This document shows positions 1-7,214 of a stretch of 25,097 bases of DNA, piece by piece. The stretch lies in NCBI GenBank assembly GCA_027021705.1, contig JALUTT010000150.1, positions 1 to 25,097 of the forward strand, read 5' to 3'. The notes beneath the pieces were generated by a model. It was not told the DNA's origin, did not search any database, and saw only the letters and a list, made by a program, of their open reading frames with translations. The position numbers and the translations under genes were made by a program. The first letter of the stretch is position 1. Every line of letters begins with the position of its first letter. The stretch is from Anaerolineae bacterium. Its GTDB lineage: Bacteria; Chloroflexota; Anaerolineae; S140-20.

Positions 1-43
1 GCCCAACCAGGAACGTGATGCTCTTGAAGACTCGGAATTGCAT
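1..43 (-). CDS. Partial hypothetical protein; the 5' end (MQFRVFKSITFLVG...) is in the window and the rest runs off the edge
   Basis: AGGAGG Shine-Dalgarno 5 nt before ATG at 43, just after the stop of the 56..379 ORF; frame stays open to the window edge. Confidence 0.6.
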   Translation of the reverse strand, partial: MQFRVFKSITFLVG

Positions 44-55
44 AGAAGCCTCCTG

Positions 56-379
56 TTACGGTCCCATTGTCAACGCCATCAGGAGCCCCTCAAGCCGATT
101 CCTGAGATCGTCGAGGAGAAGGAGAAGGACGCGCCGCTGGCTGGTGGTGAGGTCGTCCAAGGCAACGTCGTTGAGCCCTCCAAGCGCATCGTCGAGGCGG
201 TGGAAGGTATCGCCCAGGGGGGAATGCAAAGCAGCCGACACCATCGCCCCCGCCGTGGGCAGGGGAAGCGTGGGGTCGGCTGCGACCAGCATTTCCAACC
301 ACCGCCGGCCCACTTCATCCAGATCGTGGGCAGCGGCCTCGGCTGCTATGGCGTCCGGGAGAGTAGAAGGGTCGGCCAT
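56..379 (-). CDS. Hypothetical helical protein, about 107 aa (MADPSTLPDAIAAEAAAHDLDEVGRRWLEML...)
   Basis: Open frame downstream of a near-consensus promoter, in operon-like spacing with the next gene. The ORF-track start (457) lies inside the promoter, so ATG 379 is preferred. Confidence 0.65.
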   Translation of the reverse strand: MADPSTLPDAIAAEAAAHDLDEVGRRWLEMLVAADPTLPLPTAGAMVSAALHSPLGDTFHRLDDALGGLNDVALDDLTTSQRRVLLLLLDDLRNRLEGLLMALTMGP

Positions 380-428
380 GAAGTCTCGTTGTGTTTCTAT
401 GTTTTCTCCCCCTCCAAGACACAGCTTA

Positions 429-457
429 ATGTTAGCATATAATGTCATAATTGTCAA
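429..457 (-). promoter_or_regulatory. Sigma70-type promoter TTGACA-N17-TAACAT with extended -10 TG
   Basis: Minus strand reads TTGACA attatgacattatatgc TAACAT. Confidence 0.8.
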
Positions 458-493
458 ATCCTGTGTTGTAGAAAGTGTTTTTTATAGTATCGT

Positions 494-667
494 TTAAGAG
501 ATAGAATGAAATAATGCAAAGCAGCCGACACCATCGCCCCCGCCGTGGGCAGAGGAAGTGGGGTCGGCTGCGATCGGCATCTCCAACCACCGCCGGCCCA
601 CATCATCTAGATCGTGGGCGGCGGCCTCGGCTGCTATGGCGTCCGGGAGGATGGCAAGGCCTGTCAC
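494..667 (-). pseudogene. Truncated, frameshifted copy of the 56..379 gene
   Basis: Encodes LPDAIAAEAAAHDLDDVGRRWLEMPIAADPT; a 2-bp deletion (gaagtgggg vs gaagcgtgggg) then shifts the frame, and homology ends at 513. Confidence 0.75.
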
Positions 668-709
668 GAAAGTCTCCGATGTGTCCCCTCCCTCCAAAGA
701 CGCATCTAG

Positions 710-738
710 ATATTACCACATAAGTTATAATTTGTCAA
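710..738 (-). promoter_or_regulatory. Sigma70-type promoter TTGACA-N17-TAATAT with extended -10 TG
   Basis: Minus strand reads TTGACA aattataacttatgtgg TAATAT. Confidence 0.8.
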
Positions 739-770
739 TAATCATCTGACCAATATTATAACATAATCTT

Positions 771-790
771 CTATTTCAACAGTGAAATAG
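771..790. promoter_or_regulatory. Operator-like palindrome CTATTTCA-acag-TGAAATAG
   Basis: Perfect 8-bp arms with a 4-bp spacer, about 30 bp upstream of the 710-738 promoter. Confidence 0.45.
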
Positions 791-939
791 TGCGTTTATC
801 TGAGGAGTCAAAAGCAGCAAGAGGAAAACGGCGAAGAGATATAGAAGAGGTTACTTCGGAGGATGAAGGAGAAACAGGAACAAAACTGGACTTTCAGATA
901 CGCTTCGACAGAAAAACCGATGGCTCCTTCCCTTTCAGG

Positions 940-1566
940 TCAGCTTTCTGACCGAGGAGGTACAAGCTTTTCGTTGAAGAATCGCTTACCCCTCTTACCT
1001 CCCAAACGCCGCCGCAGTAAGCCGGCATAGGCAACGTCAGCTTCGTTCAGAACACGCTTTTTTCCTCGCCCTTTGCCCGCAGGCTCACTGATCACACGAA
1101 TGTACCCCCATTGAATCCACCGGTAAAGACTGGGAAGAGGAATCTCATATTTCTCACTAGCATCCTTAACGCCGATGGGCATTCCCTCTAAGTGCCTGAC
1201 CTGTCTCCAGAGATTCACCCGTATACTGAGAACACGAACGTCTTCTTCTGCCACGGCAAGTGTCCCATCTATCGTTATGGCTTTTACCTCTCCCCGCTCA
1301 ACGGCTTGCCGGAGCGTTTCTCCGTCCACGGCGAACCGCCGGAGCGATTCCTCAAGGGGCATGTATACGGGCAAGGCGGCCTCTCCCACCACTTCGGGGG
1401 ATCTGGCCAGATTTTCCGTATCCTCTCGAGACACTACGATCTCCTCACCCAGTTTCGCCGCCCGAATCAAGCCCTGATCCACAGCCCGGGCGAGCAAGTT
1501 CGGCTTAACGCCGAAATATCGCAGAGCCTCTTGAAATCGAAGGTACACAGGAGGTTTATCGGTCAT
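940..1566 (-). CDS. DNA-binding protein with three tandem excisionase/MerR-like (HTH_17-type) modules, paralogue A
   Basis: Three similar ~50-aa units (PVYLRFQEALRYFGV..AVDQGLIRA; PVYMPLEESLRRFAV..AVERGEVKA; PIGVKDASEKYEIPLPSLYRWIQWGYIRV), a basic tail, and a G-rich RBS. Confidence 0.75.
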   Translation of the reverse strand: MTDKPPVYLRFQEALRYFGVKPNLLARAVDQGLIRAAKLGEEIVVSREDTENLARSPEVVGEAALPVYMPLEESLRRFAVDGETLRQAVERGEVKAITIDGTLAVAEEDVRVLSIRVNLWRQVRHLEGMPIGVKDASEKYEIPLPSLYRWIQWGYIRVISEPAGKGRGKKRVLNEADVAYAGLLRRRLGGKRGKRFFNEKLVPPRSES

Positions 1567-1676
1567 TTACCCCCCCTTCACACGCGAGCGCTCATTGCCC
1601 CGTGCCTCTCGAATGGATAAGATAGTCGCGTTCGGTTCCGCGTTGGGGGGAAGTCGGATGTACCCCTCTGCCCAAA

Positions 1677-2303
1677 TCAGTTTTCTGATCGAGGAGGTAC
1701 AAGCTCTTCGTTGAAGAACCGCTTACCCTTTCTGCCCCCCAACCGTCTGCGTAGTAGGTCGGCGTAGGCAACATCAGCCTCGTTCAAGATGCGTTTTTTT
1801 CCTCTCCCTTTGCCCGTAGTCTCCTTCATCACACGAATGTACCCCGATTCAATCCACCGGTAGAGAGTCGTAGGAGATAGCCCGTACTTTTGATAAGCGT
1901 CTCTAACGCCAATAGGTACTCCTTCCAAGTGCCTGACCTGTCTCCAGAGATTCACCCGTATACTGAGAACACGAACGTCTTCTTCTGCCACGGCGAGCGT
2001 CCCATCTATCGTTATGGCTTTTACCTCTCCCCGCTCAACGGCTTGCCGGAGCGTTTCTCCGTCCACGGCGAACCGCCGGAGTGATTCCTCAAAGGGCACG
2101 TATACGGGCAAGGCAGCCTCTCCCACCACTTCGGGGGACCTGGCCAGATTTTCCGTATCCTCTCGAGACACTACAATCTCCTCGCCCAGTTTCACCGCCC
2201 GAATCAAGCCCTGATCTACAGCCCGGGCGAGCAGGGTCGGCTTGATATCAAAACTCCGAACAGCATCTTCAAATCGAAGGTACACCGGTTGTTTTTCTTT
2301 CAT
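1677..2303 (-). CDS. DNA-binding protein with three tandem excisionase/MerR-like HTH modules, paralogue B
   Basis: Same 208-aa length as paralogue A with 35 substitutions by hand count; DAYQKYGLSPTTLYRWIESGYI is a typical Xis/MerR HTH. Confidence 0.78.
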   Translation of the reverse strand: MKEKQPVYLRFEDAVRSFDIKPTLLARAVDQGLIRAVKLGEEIVVSREDTENLARSPEVVGEAALPVYVPFEESLRRFAVDGETLRQAVERGEVKAITIDGTLAVAEEDVRVLSIRVNLWRQVRHLEGVPIGVRDAYQKYGLSPTTLYRWIESGYIRVMKETTGKGRGKKRILNEADVAYADLLRRRLGGRKGKRFFNEELVPPRSEN

Positions 2304-2380
2304 CCTCTTCTCCCCAGAGGAACAACGACATTGCTTCCTCTTCGTAGTCTCCGGTCAGACAGCTCGTGTATCCAGATTTT

Positions 2381-3208
2381 CTATCGCTCCTGTGCCCTTC
2401 GGATGGTCAGGATGGTCGCATCCGGGTCCACGTCGGGAGGAAGTTCTACCATCTCCTCGGCCCGCAACCCTATCCTCCAACCTCCGTCGTAGATCATTGT
2501 GATGTAGACCCCCGTGTACCCCGCAGAGTTGATTACCTCCCCCGTCTCTCCGGTCTCGCAGTCGTACATCGTAGTCTCATAAGGGGGATAGATCACGTAG
2601 AGCACTACCCGCCGAGGATCACCGGGATCGGTCGTGTAGTAGACCGCCTTCTCCACCTCATCACGTGCAACCTTCCAACAGTGATAAGGAGTCGTCTCCC
2701 ACGTCTCGTCCAGGTCGGCCGCCGGATACCGTTTCCCCGTCAAGGGTGATGTGTAAGCCCCGTAGTAGAAGTAGTGGGCCTCGTCCTCTTTGGTCCAACG
2801 GTCGGCCCGCTCGGCGGCGTAATCCTGCAACTGCCGAAACACCTCTTCTACCAACCCCATCGCACACGGCGGGTCCAGCTTGTACAACGCCTTCCCCGTG
2901 GGCAGCTTGTACGACACCGCCTGCCATTGCGCCGGGTCCGAAGGACAGTCGGCCCCCAGCGCCCGCGGTGTAGAGGAGGGTGGCGGGGAAGGCGTCTCGG
3001 TAACAACCGGCACCGTTGCCGTCGGAGGCACAGGCGTCGGGGAGGGAGTCAAGGTGGGAGCCGAGGTGGGAGAAGGCGGAAAAGCGGTCGTCGGAGACGT
3101 AGGGGAAGGGGAAAACGAGGAGGGCTGCTCTACCGGAGTAGGCAGCGACGGAGTGCAAGCCACCAGTAGCAACGCTACCAACAGCAGGCGATAGACGGGC
3201 TTTCTCAT
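2381..3208 (-). CDS. Lipoprotein of unknown function with a Pro/Ser/Thr-rich linker
   Basis: Signal peptide and lipobox MRKPVYRLLLVALLLVA-C, a PTPS-rich linker, and a Tyr/Cys-containing C-terminal domain. Confidence 0.85.
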   Translation of the reverse strand: MRKPVYRLLLVALLLVACTPSLPTPVEQPSSFSPSPTSPTTAFPPSPTSAPTLTPSPTPVPPTATVPVVTETPSPPPSSTPRALGADCPSDPAQWQAVSYKLPTGKALYKLDPPCAMGLVEEVFRQLQDYAAERADRWTKEDEAHYFYYGAYTSPLTGKRYPAADLDETWETTPYHCWKVARDEVEKAVYYTTDPGDPRRVVLYVIYPPYETTMYDCETGETGEVINSAGYTGVYITMIYDGGWRIGLRAEEMVELPPDVDPDATILTIRRAQER

Positions 3209-3310
3209 CGGCGCAGGCTCGACCGGATCACATACCCATCGGCGCGAAACCTGTCCCGATCACCCGGAAGCCGACCTGAGCTTGCCTTCAACATCCCTTA
3301 TGGGACGCAA

Positions 3311-3330
3311 GGGCGCACATCGGTGCGCCC
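3311..3330. repeat. GC-rich hairpin GGGCGCAC-atcg-GTGCGCCC (REP-like, or terminator for the tRNA)
   Basis: Perfect 8-bp stem about 90 nt downstream of the tRNA 3' end; U-tract is weak. Confidence 0.4.
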
Positions 3331-3420
3331 CCCCTTTGAGAGTTCACAGGTTTAGATAGGGTAACCGAGAGCGGGGTATGCCGGCCGGCTCCCGATGACG
3401 CAAAGGTACGGACAGGCAGA

Positions 3421-3494
3421 TGGGCCGTGCAGGATTCGAACCTGCGACCAAAGGATTAAAAGTCCCCTGCTCTACCGGGCTGAGCTAACGGCCC
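3421..3494 (-). tRNA. tRNA-Lys (anticodon UUU), CCA not encoded
   Basis: GGGCCGTTAGCTCAGCCCGGTAGAGCAGGGGACTTTTAATCCTTTGGTCGCAGGTTCGAATCCTGCACGGCCCA: acceptor stem GGGCCGT/ACGGCCC, anticodon loop CTTTTAA, T-loop TTCGAAT. Confidence 0.97.
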
Positions 3495-3512
3495 ACGTCT
3501 CAGGCGAGATGT

Positions 3513-3541
3513 ATTCTACCACGCCCCGTCGCCCTTGACAA
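3513..3541 (-). promoter_or_regulatory. tRNA promoter TTGTCA-N17-TAGAAT (extended -10)
   Basis: Minus strand TTGTCA agggcgacggggcgtgg TAGAAT, ending 18 nt upstream of the tRNA. Confidence 0.8.
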
Positions 3542-3558
3542 GAAGCCAGAGAGACGGT

Positions 3559-5952
3559 TCATCGCCAGGAGACCCCCCACGCCACCCCGTAGGCGAGGAG
3601 CCCCAGCAACATCGTGGCCCGGAAGCCGAACTGAAGGGCGACCAGGGCCGCCAGCACCGAGCCGACCACGGAGAGCGCTCCGTTGATCCCCCACAGCCAG
3701 GGCCGAGCCCCTGCCCCCTCCCGGACGATCCCTTTCCAGCCCAGCGGGAAGGGCATCCCCATCAAGAAGCCCAGAGGAGCCAGCAGGAGCACGGTCACCC
3801 CAATGCGCAGCCCCAGGGGCCAGGCTTGCGTCCCCCGCAGCAACAGCGATCCCCCCAGCCCTTGGAGCAGGATCAGCCCCAGCAGCAGGGGGAACCGCCG
3901 GCGCAATACCGCCCCGGCCTCCGCCGCCGGCACCCCCTGGGTCGAAAGGCTGCCCAACCCGCTGAAGAGGAGCAGGGAGAAGAGCACCACCGCCAGGGCA
4001 TAGGTCGGATGGCCCAGGTAGAGGCTCATCCGCTGGACGACGGGCACCTCGACGAGCATAAAGGCCAATCCCAGCGCGGCGAAGTAGACCAGCCACCGCC
4101 CCCGCCATCTCTGGGTGGGGGAACTCCCCCCAGCCCGCCGCCGACGTAGGGCCACCCCCAGCGGCCCCAGGACGAAGAGCCCCGCCGCCCCCACGGTGAT
4201 CCCCAGCAGCGAGGTCAGCACGTTCAGCGCCTCCACGCTCTTCCGATAGACGGTGCTCCGGGACCAGTCCGGCTGCAGCAGGTGGCCCAGCCGGGCCAAG
4301 GAGAAGAAGAAGGGCCGATCGTCGGTCGGCGGCGAGATGTCCAGCGGATAAGCCCGGATGAAGGCCCGCCGGTCGGCAGCCAGCACCGCCCGGGCCACCG
4401 GATTGTCGTCGGCAGGCAGCCCCGGCGCGTAGAGGATTTGGAACCCCAGCCGCTCCGCCTCCCGCTGCGCAATCGCCACCTCGGCCGCCGTAAAGGGGGT
4501 GCGCCGCAGAAGGACCGTCGCCATCGCCTCCGGGGCCAGCCAGTTCTCCGGGTTCAGCACCACCATCACGTGGTCGGCCGGTCGCGCCACCCCCGCCCGA
4601 GCCCACGCTTCCATTCCCAGCAGGACCAGTCGCAACGTCTCGGCGGGCTGATCGTGCAGGTACCATCGGGAGACACTGAGGATCCCCTCCGGCGTCAGGT
4701 GGGCGTAGTAGCTCTCGAAAGCCTCCAGCGTGTAGAGGCCGTTCTCCGAGAGGGCGAAGGCCCCCGCCGTCGTCGCTGCCCAGGTGTCAATGACCGAGGC
4801 TTGGATCAGGTCATACCGCTCGCGGCTGCCGGCGATGAAGCGTCGGGCATCGTCCACGACGATGCGCACCCCCGGCCGGTCGTAGATGTGGCCGGCGTAG
4901 TCGCCGAAGTCGTTGCGCACCGCCTGGACGATGGCCGGGTTCAGCTCGACGCCGGTCACCCGCCGGGCCCCGAAGACCAGGGCCGTCAGCACATCCCGCC
5001 CCCCGCCCGGCCCGATGATCAGCACGTCGGGCCGGTCCAGCAGGTAGTAGGCGAAGGCGGTCACATCGTCGCGCAGGAACTGGACACGGCTGAGGTCGCC
5101 GTCGAAGCGCTGGATGGGCGTGCCGGCCGCCGAGTCAATCAGCAGCAGGTAGTGGCCCGGGTCCGGCTCCGTGCGGATGCGGCTCATCCCCCAGCCAAAG
5201 GGAAAGGGTGTCCAGTGTTCATGGACCGTCACTCGGGAGAAGCTGTTCCAGTGCTCAAAAAGGCGCTTCTCGTCTATGTCGCCGGCCTTGGTGGAGACGA
5301 CCTGCAGGAGGTCGGTGCGGTCGCGGAAGGCCAGCAGCAACAGCAGGAGGACCAGCCATCCGACGGTCAGGCCGCGCTGGCGGCCGGCGGCGTAGAGGAG
5401 CGCGGCCAGGCCGGCCAGCACCGCCGCCGCCAGCACCGCCCCCGGCCCGCCCAACCGGTCCAGGGCGACGATGCTCAGCAGGCAGCCCAGCCCGGCGCCC
5501 ATCAGGTCGGCGAAGTAGACCCGCCCCACCTGACCGCTCCAGCGGCTCAGGGCCAGCGTGACGACCACGCCGCCCAAGAAGAAGGGAACGGCCAGGTCCA
5601 GGTAGATCAGTGCCAGGGGGAGGAGCGCCCTCGGGCGGAGGGGTGGGCGCAGCATCCTGACGTCGAAGGGGATGCGGAGGAAAAGGACGAAGCAGAGGGC
5701 GGTGGCAATGGAGAAGAGCAGGGCGAACAGGGCCAGGTGGCGAAGCAGCCGCTCCGGGGCGAAGCGGCGTTCGAAGAGGTAGACGAAGACACCGGCCACC
5801 GCGCCCCCCAGCAGCGCCAGGGAGATGGACATAAAGGCGAAATGATACCACATCATGGCCGAGAAGATGCGGGTCAGCGCGACCTCCAGCATCAAAATGG
5901 CAGCGCTGGTGGCCGAGAGGCCGGCCAGGTGGCGTCGGAGTGGGATGGGCAT
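3559..5952 (-). CDS. Polytopic membrane protein with a central spermidine-synthase-like / class I SAM-binding domain
   Basis: Hydrophobic N- and C-terminal TM bundles around VLIIGPGGGRDV, VTGVELNP, VDDARRFI, YDLIQAS; GGAGG before ATG 5952. Confidence 0.85.
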   Translation of the reverse strand: MPIPLRRHLAGLSATSAAILMLEVALTRIFSAMMWYHFAFMSISLALLGGAVAGVFVYLFERRFAPERLLRHLALFALLFSIATALCFVLFLRIPFDVRMLRPPLRPRALLPLALIYLDLAVPFFLGGVVVTLALSRWSGQVGRVYFADLMGAGLGCLLSIVALDRLGGPGAVLAAAVLAGLAALLYAAGRQRGLTVGWLVLLLLLLAFRDRTDLLQVVSTKAGDIDEKRLFEHWNSFSRVTVHEHWTPFPFGWGMSRIRTEPDPGHYLLLIDSAAGTPIQRFDGDLSRVQFLRDDVTAFAYYLLDRPDVLIIGPGGGRDVLTALVFGARRVTGVELNPAIVQAVRNDFGDYAGHIYDRPGVRIVVDDARRFIAGSRERYDLIQASVIDTWAATTAGAFALSENGLYTLEAFESYYAHLTPEGILSVSRWYLHDQPAETLRLVLLGMEAWARAGVARPADHVMVVLNPENWLAPEAMATVLLRRTPFTAAEVAIAQREAERLGFQILYAPGLPADDNPVARAVLAADRRAFIRAYPLDISPPTDDRPFFFSLARLGHLLQPDWSRSTVYRKSVEALNVLTSLLGITVGAAGLFVLGPLGVALRRRRAGGSSPTQRWRGRWLVYFAALGLAFMLVEVPVVQRMSLYLGHPTYALAVVLFSLLLFSGLGSLSTQGVPAAEAGAVLRRRFPLLLGLILLQGLGGSLLLRGTQAWPLGLRIGVTVLLLAPLGFLMGMPFPLGWKGIVREGAGARPWLWGINGALSVVGSVLAALVALQFGFRATMLLGLLAYGVAWGVSWR

Positions 5953-6017
5953 ACGAGCTTCCCTCCGCATTCCGCGCTCAGGATTTTCCCTGACGAAGAA
6001 GCCCCCTCACGTCGGAG

Positions 6018-7019
6018 CTACGACGTGACGTTGCTGTAGACGACCTCGCTCCCCGGCACCAGTTCCTGCAGCCAGCGGGCCAGCCGGGCGACGGCCGCCT
6101 TCAGCCCTGGCGTGGGGCGCGGCTGCCCCACCGGACTCGGCCGGACCAGCCAGGTCCCTTCCGGCTGTCGGTAGACGAGCAGACCGACGATCTGGGTCAG
6201 CGGGCCTTCGACGACGACGGCCTCGATCAGCAATTCGTCCTTCTCCCAGGCCCGGTAGAGCCTGCGCAGGCGGATGATCACCTCCCCCTCCCGCCAGACG
6301 ATGGGGCGGAAGGCCCGAGCGATGGTCTCCACCGTCAGCGGAGCACGCAGGGTGACGTGGGGCATCGGCACCTCCTCCGGGATGGGCACGGGTTGATGAC
6401 GGGGGGGCGGGGTCTCCTGCCGCCGCCAGAGGAAGTAGAAGCGGGGCCGGCCGGCGGCGATGGCTTTCTCCTCGTACTTAGTGGGCGTCCGGCCCGGCAA
6501 CTCCGGCACCCAGGGGCGCTCAAAGGCGCTGACCAGCCGGGGCTCGACCTCCAGCGCCGCCGCGATCTGCTCGGCGTACTCGGCCACATCGGTGGCGATG
6601 GTCAGCCTGCCGCCGGGGGCCATCTGGTCGGCAACCAGCCGGATGAAGGCGGGGGTGATCAGCCGTCGGTGGGCGTGGCGGTCCTTGGGCCAAGGATCGG
6701 GGAAGTTGATGTAGAGCGCTTGGATGGTTCCGGGCCGGAAGAGGTAGGCTAGCGCCGCTTGGGCCTCCCCGTGGACCAGTCGGACGTTGGTCAAGCCGGC
6801 CTTGCGCAGCCGGGCCTCGGTCCGCTGGCAGGGCCAGACCGCCCGCTCCACACCGACCAGGTTGGCCTCGGGGTGCCGCCGGGCCAGATCCGCTAGGAAG
6901 CGCCCGTTGCCAAAGCCCAACTCGACGATGAGGGGGGCATCCCGTCCGAAGAGCGCCTCCCAGTCGGCCGGCCAGGGGAGCTCCCGCAGCGCGTAGAGCA
7001 GACGGGGTAAGGTACGCAT
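6018..7019 (-). CDS. trmB: tRNA (guanine-N7)-methyltransferase TrmB with a C-terminal extension
   Basis: Motifs VELGFGNGRFL, NFPDPWPKDRHAHRRL, IATD, TKYEEK. Only the last 333 aa of the 753-aa track ORF are real; the start could also be 7052. Confidence 0.92.
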   Translation of the reverse strand: MRTLPRLLYALRELPWPADWEALFGRDAPLIVELGFGNGRFLADLARRHPEANLVGVERAVWPCQRTEARLRKAGLTNVRLVHGEAQAALAYLFRPGTIQALYINFPDPWPKDRHAHRRLITPAFIRLVADQMAPGGRLTIATDVAEYAEQIAAALEVEPRLVSAFERPWVPELPGRTPTKYEEKAIAAGRPRFYFLWRRQETPPPRHQPVPIPEEVPMPHVTLRAPLTVETIARAFRPIVWREGEVIIRLRRLYRAWEKDELLIEAVVVEGPLTQIVGLLVYRQPEGTWLVRPSPVGQPRPTPGLKAAVARLARWLQELVPGSEVVYSNVTS

Positions 7020-7053
7020 CCTCTGGTGCGTGTCGTGCGGTGCGTCTCTCATA

Positions 7054-7130
7054 CCCTGCCCCCTGACCCTTGCTCTCTGCCCCTTGCCTCCTGTCCCTTG
7101 CTCCCTGCCCCTTGCCCTTTGCCCCTCACC
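7054..7130 (+). repeat. Degenerate heptamer array, 11 units, consensus CC(C/T)TGCC
   Basis: ccctgcc ccctgac ccttgct ctctgcc ccttgcc tcctgtc ccttgct ccctgcc ccttgcc ctttgcc cctcacc. Confidence 0.9.
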
Positions 7131-7133
7131 TCT

Positions 7134-7162
7134 TTGACAGCCAACCCTCTGCCGGTTATAAT
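7134..7162 (+). promoter_or_regulatory. Perfect consensus promoter TTGACA-N17-TATAAT for the tldD operon
   Basis: TTGACA gccaaccctctgccggt TATAAT. Confidence 0.9.
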
Positions 7163-7214
7163 GGGCTTCGTCTATAACGAAGTATAACACACCCACTGGA
7201 GAGGAGCAAAGCCT

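Larger units (their letters stand above)
223..738. repeat. Tandem partial duplication, offset about 290 bp (223-457 vs 513-738), covering the promoter and the first ~52 codons
   Basis: aatgcaaagcagccgacaccatcgcccccgccgtgggcag...ggctgctatggcgtccggga occurs at 223 and at 513; both copies carry a GGAGG tract and a promoter. Confidence 0.95.

Noticed and set aside
223..660. Duplicated segment as a DGR template/variable repeat pair
   Set aside because: Differences are not confined to adenines and include an indel; no reverse transcriptase is in view
859..876. Plus-strand gaggATGAAGGAGAAACA (MKEKQ) resembling the start of paralogue B in inverted orientation
   Set aside because: Only 16 of 18 nt match, in purine-rich sequence, and similarity stops immediately; consistent with chance, so not called an invertible segment
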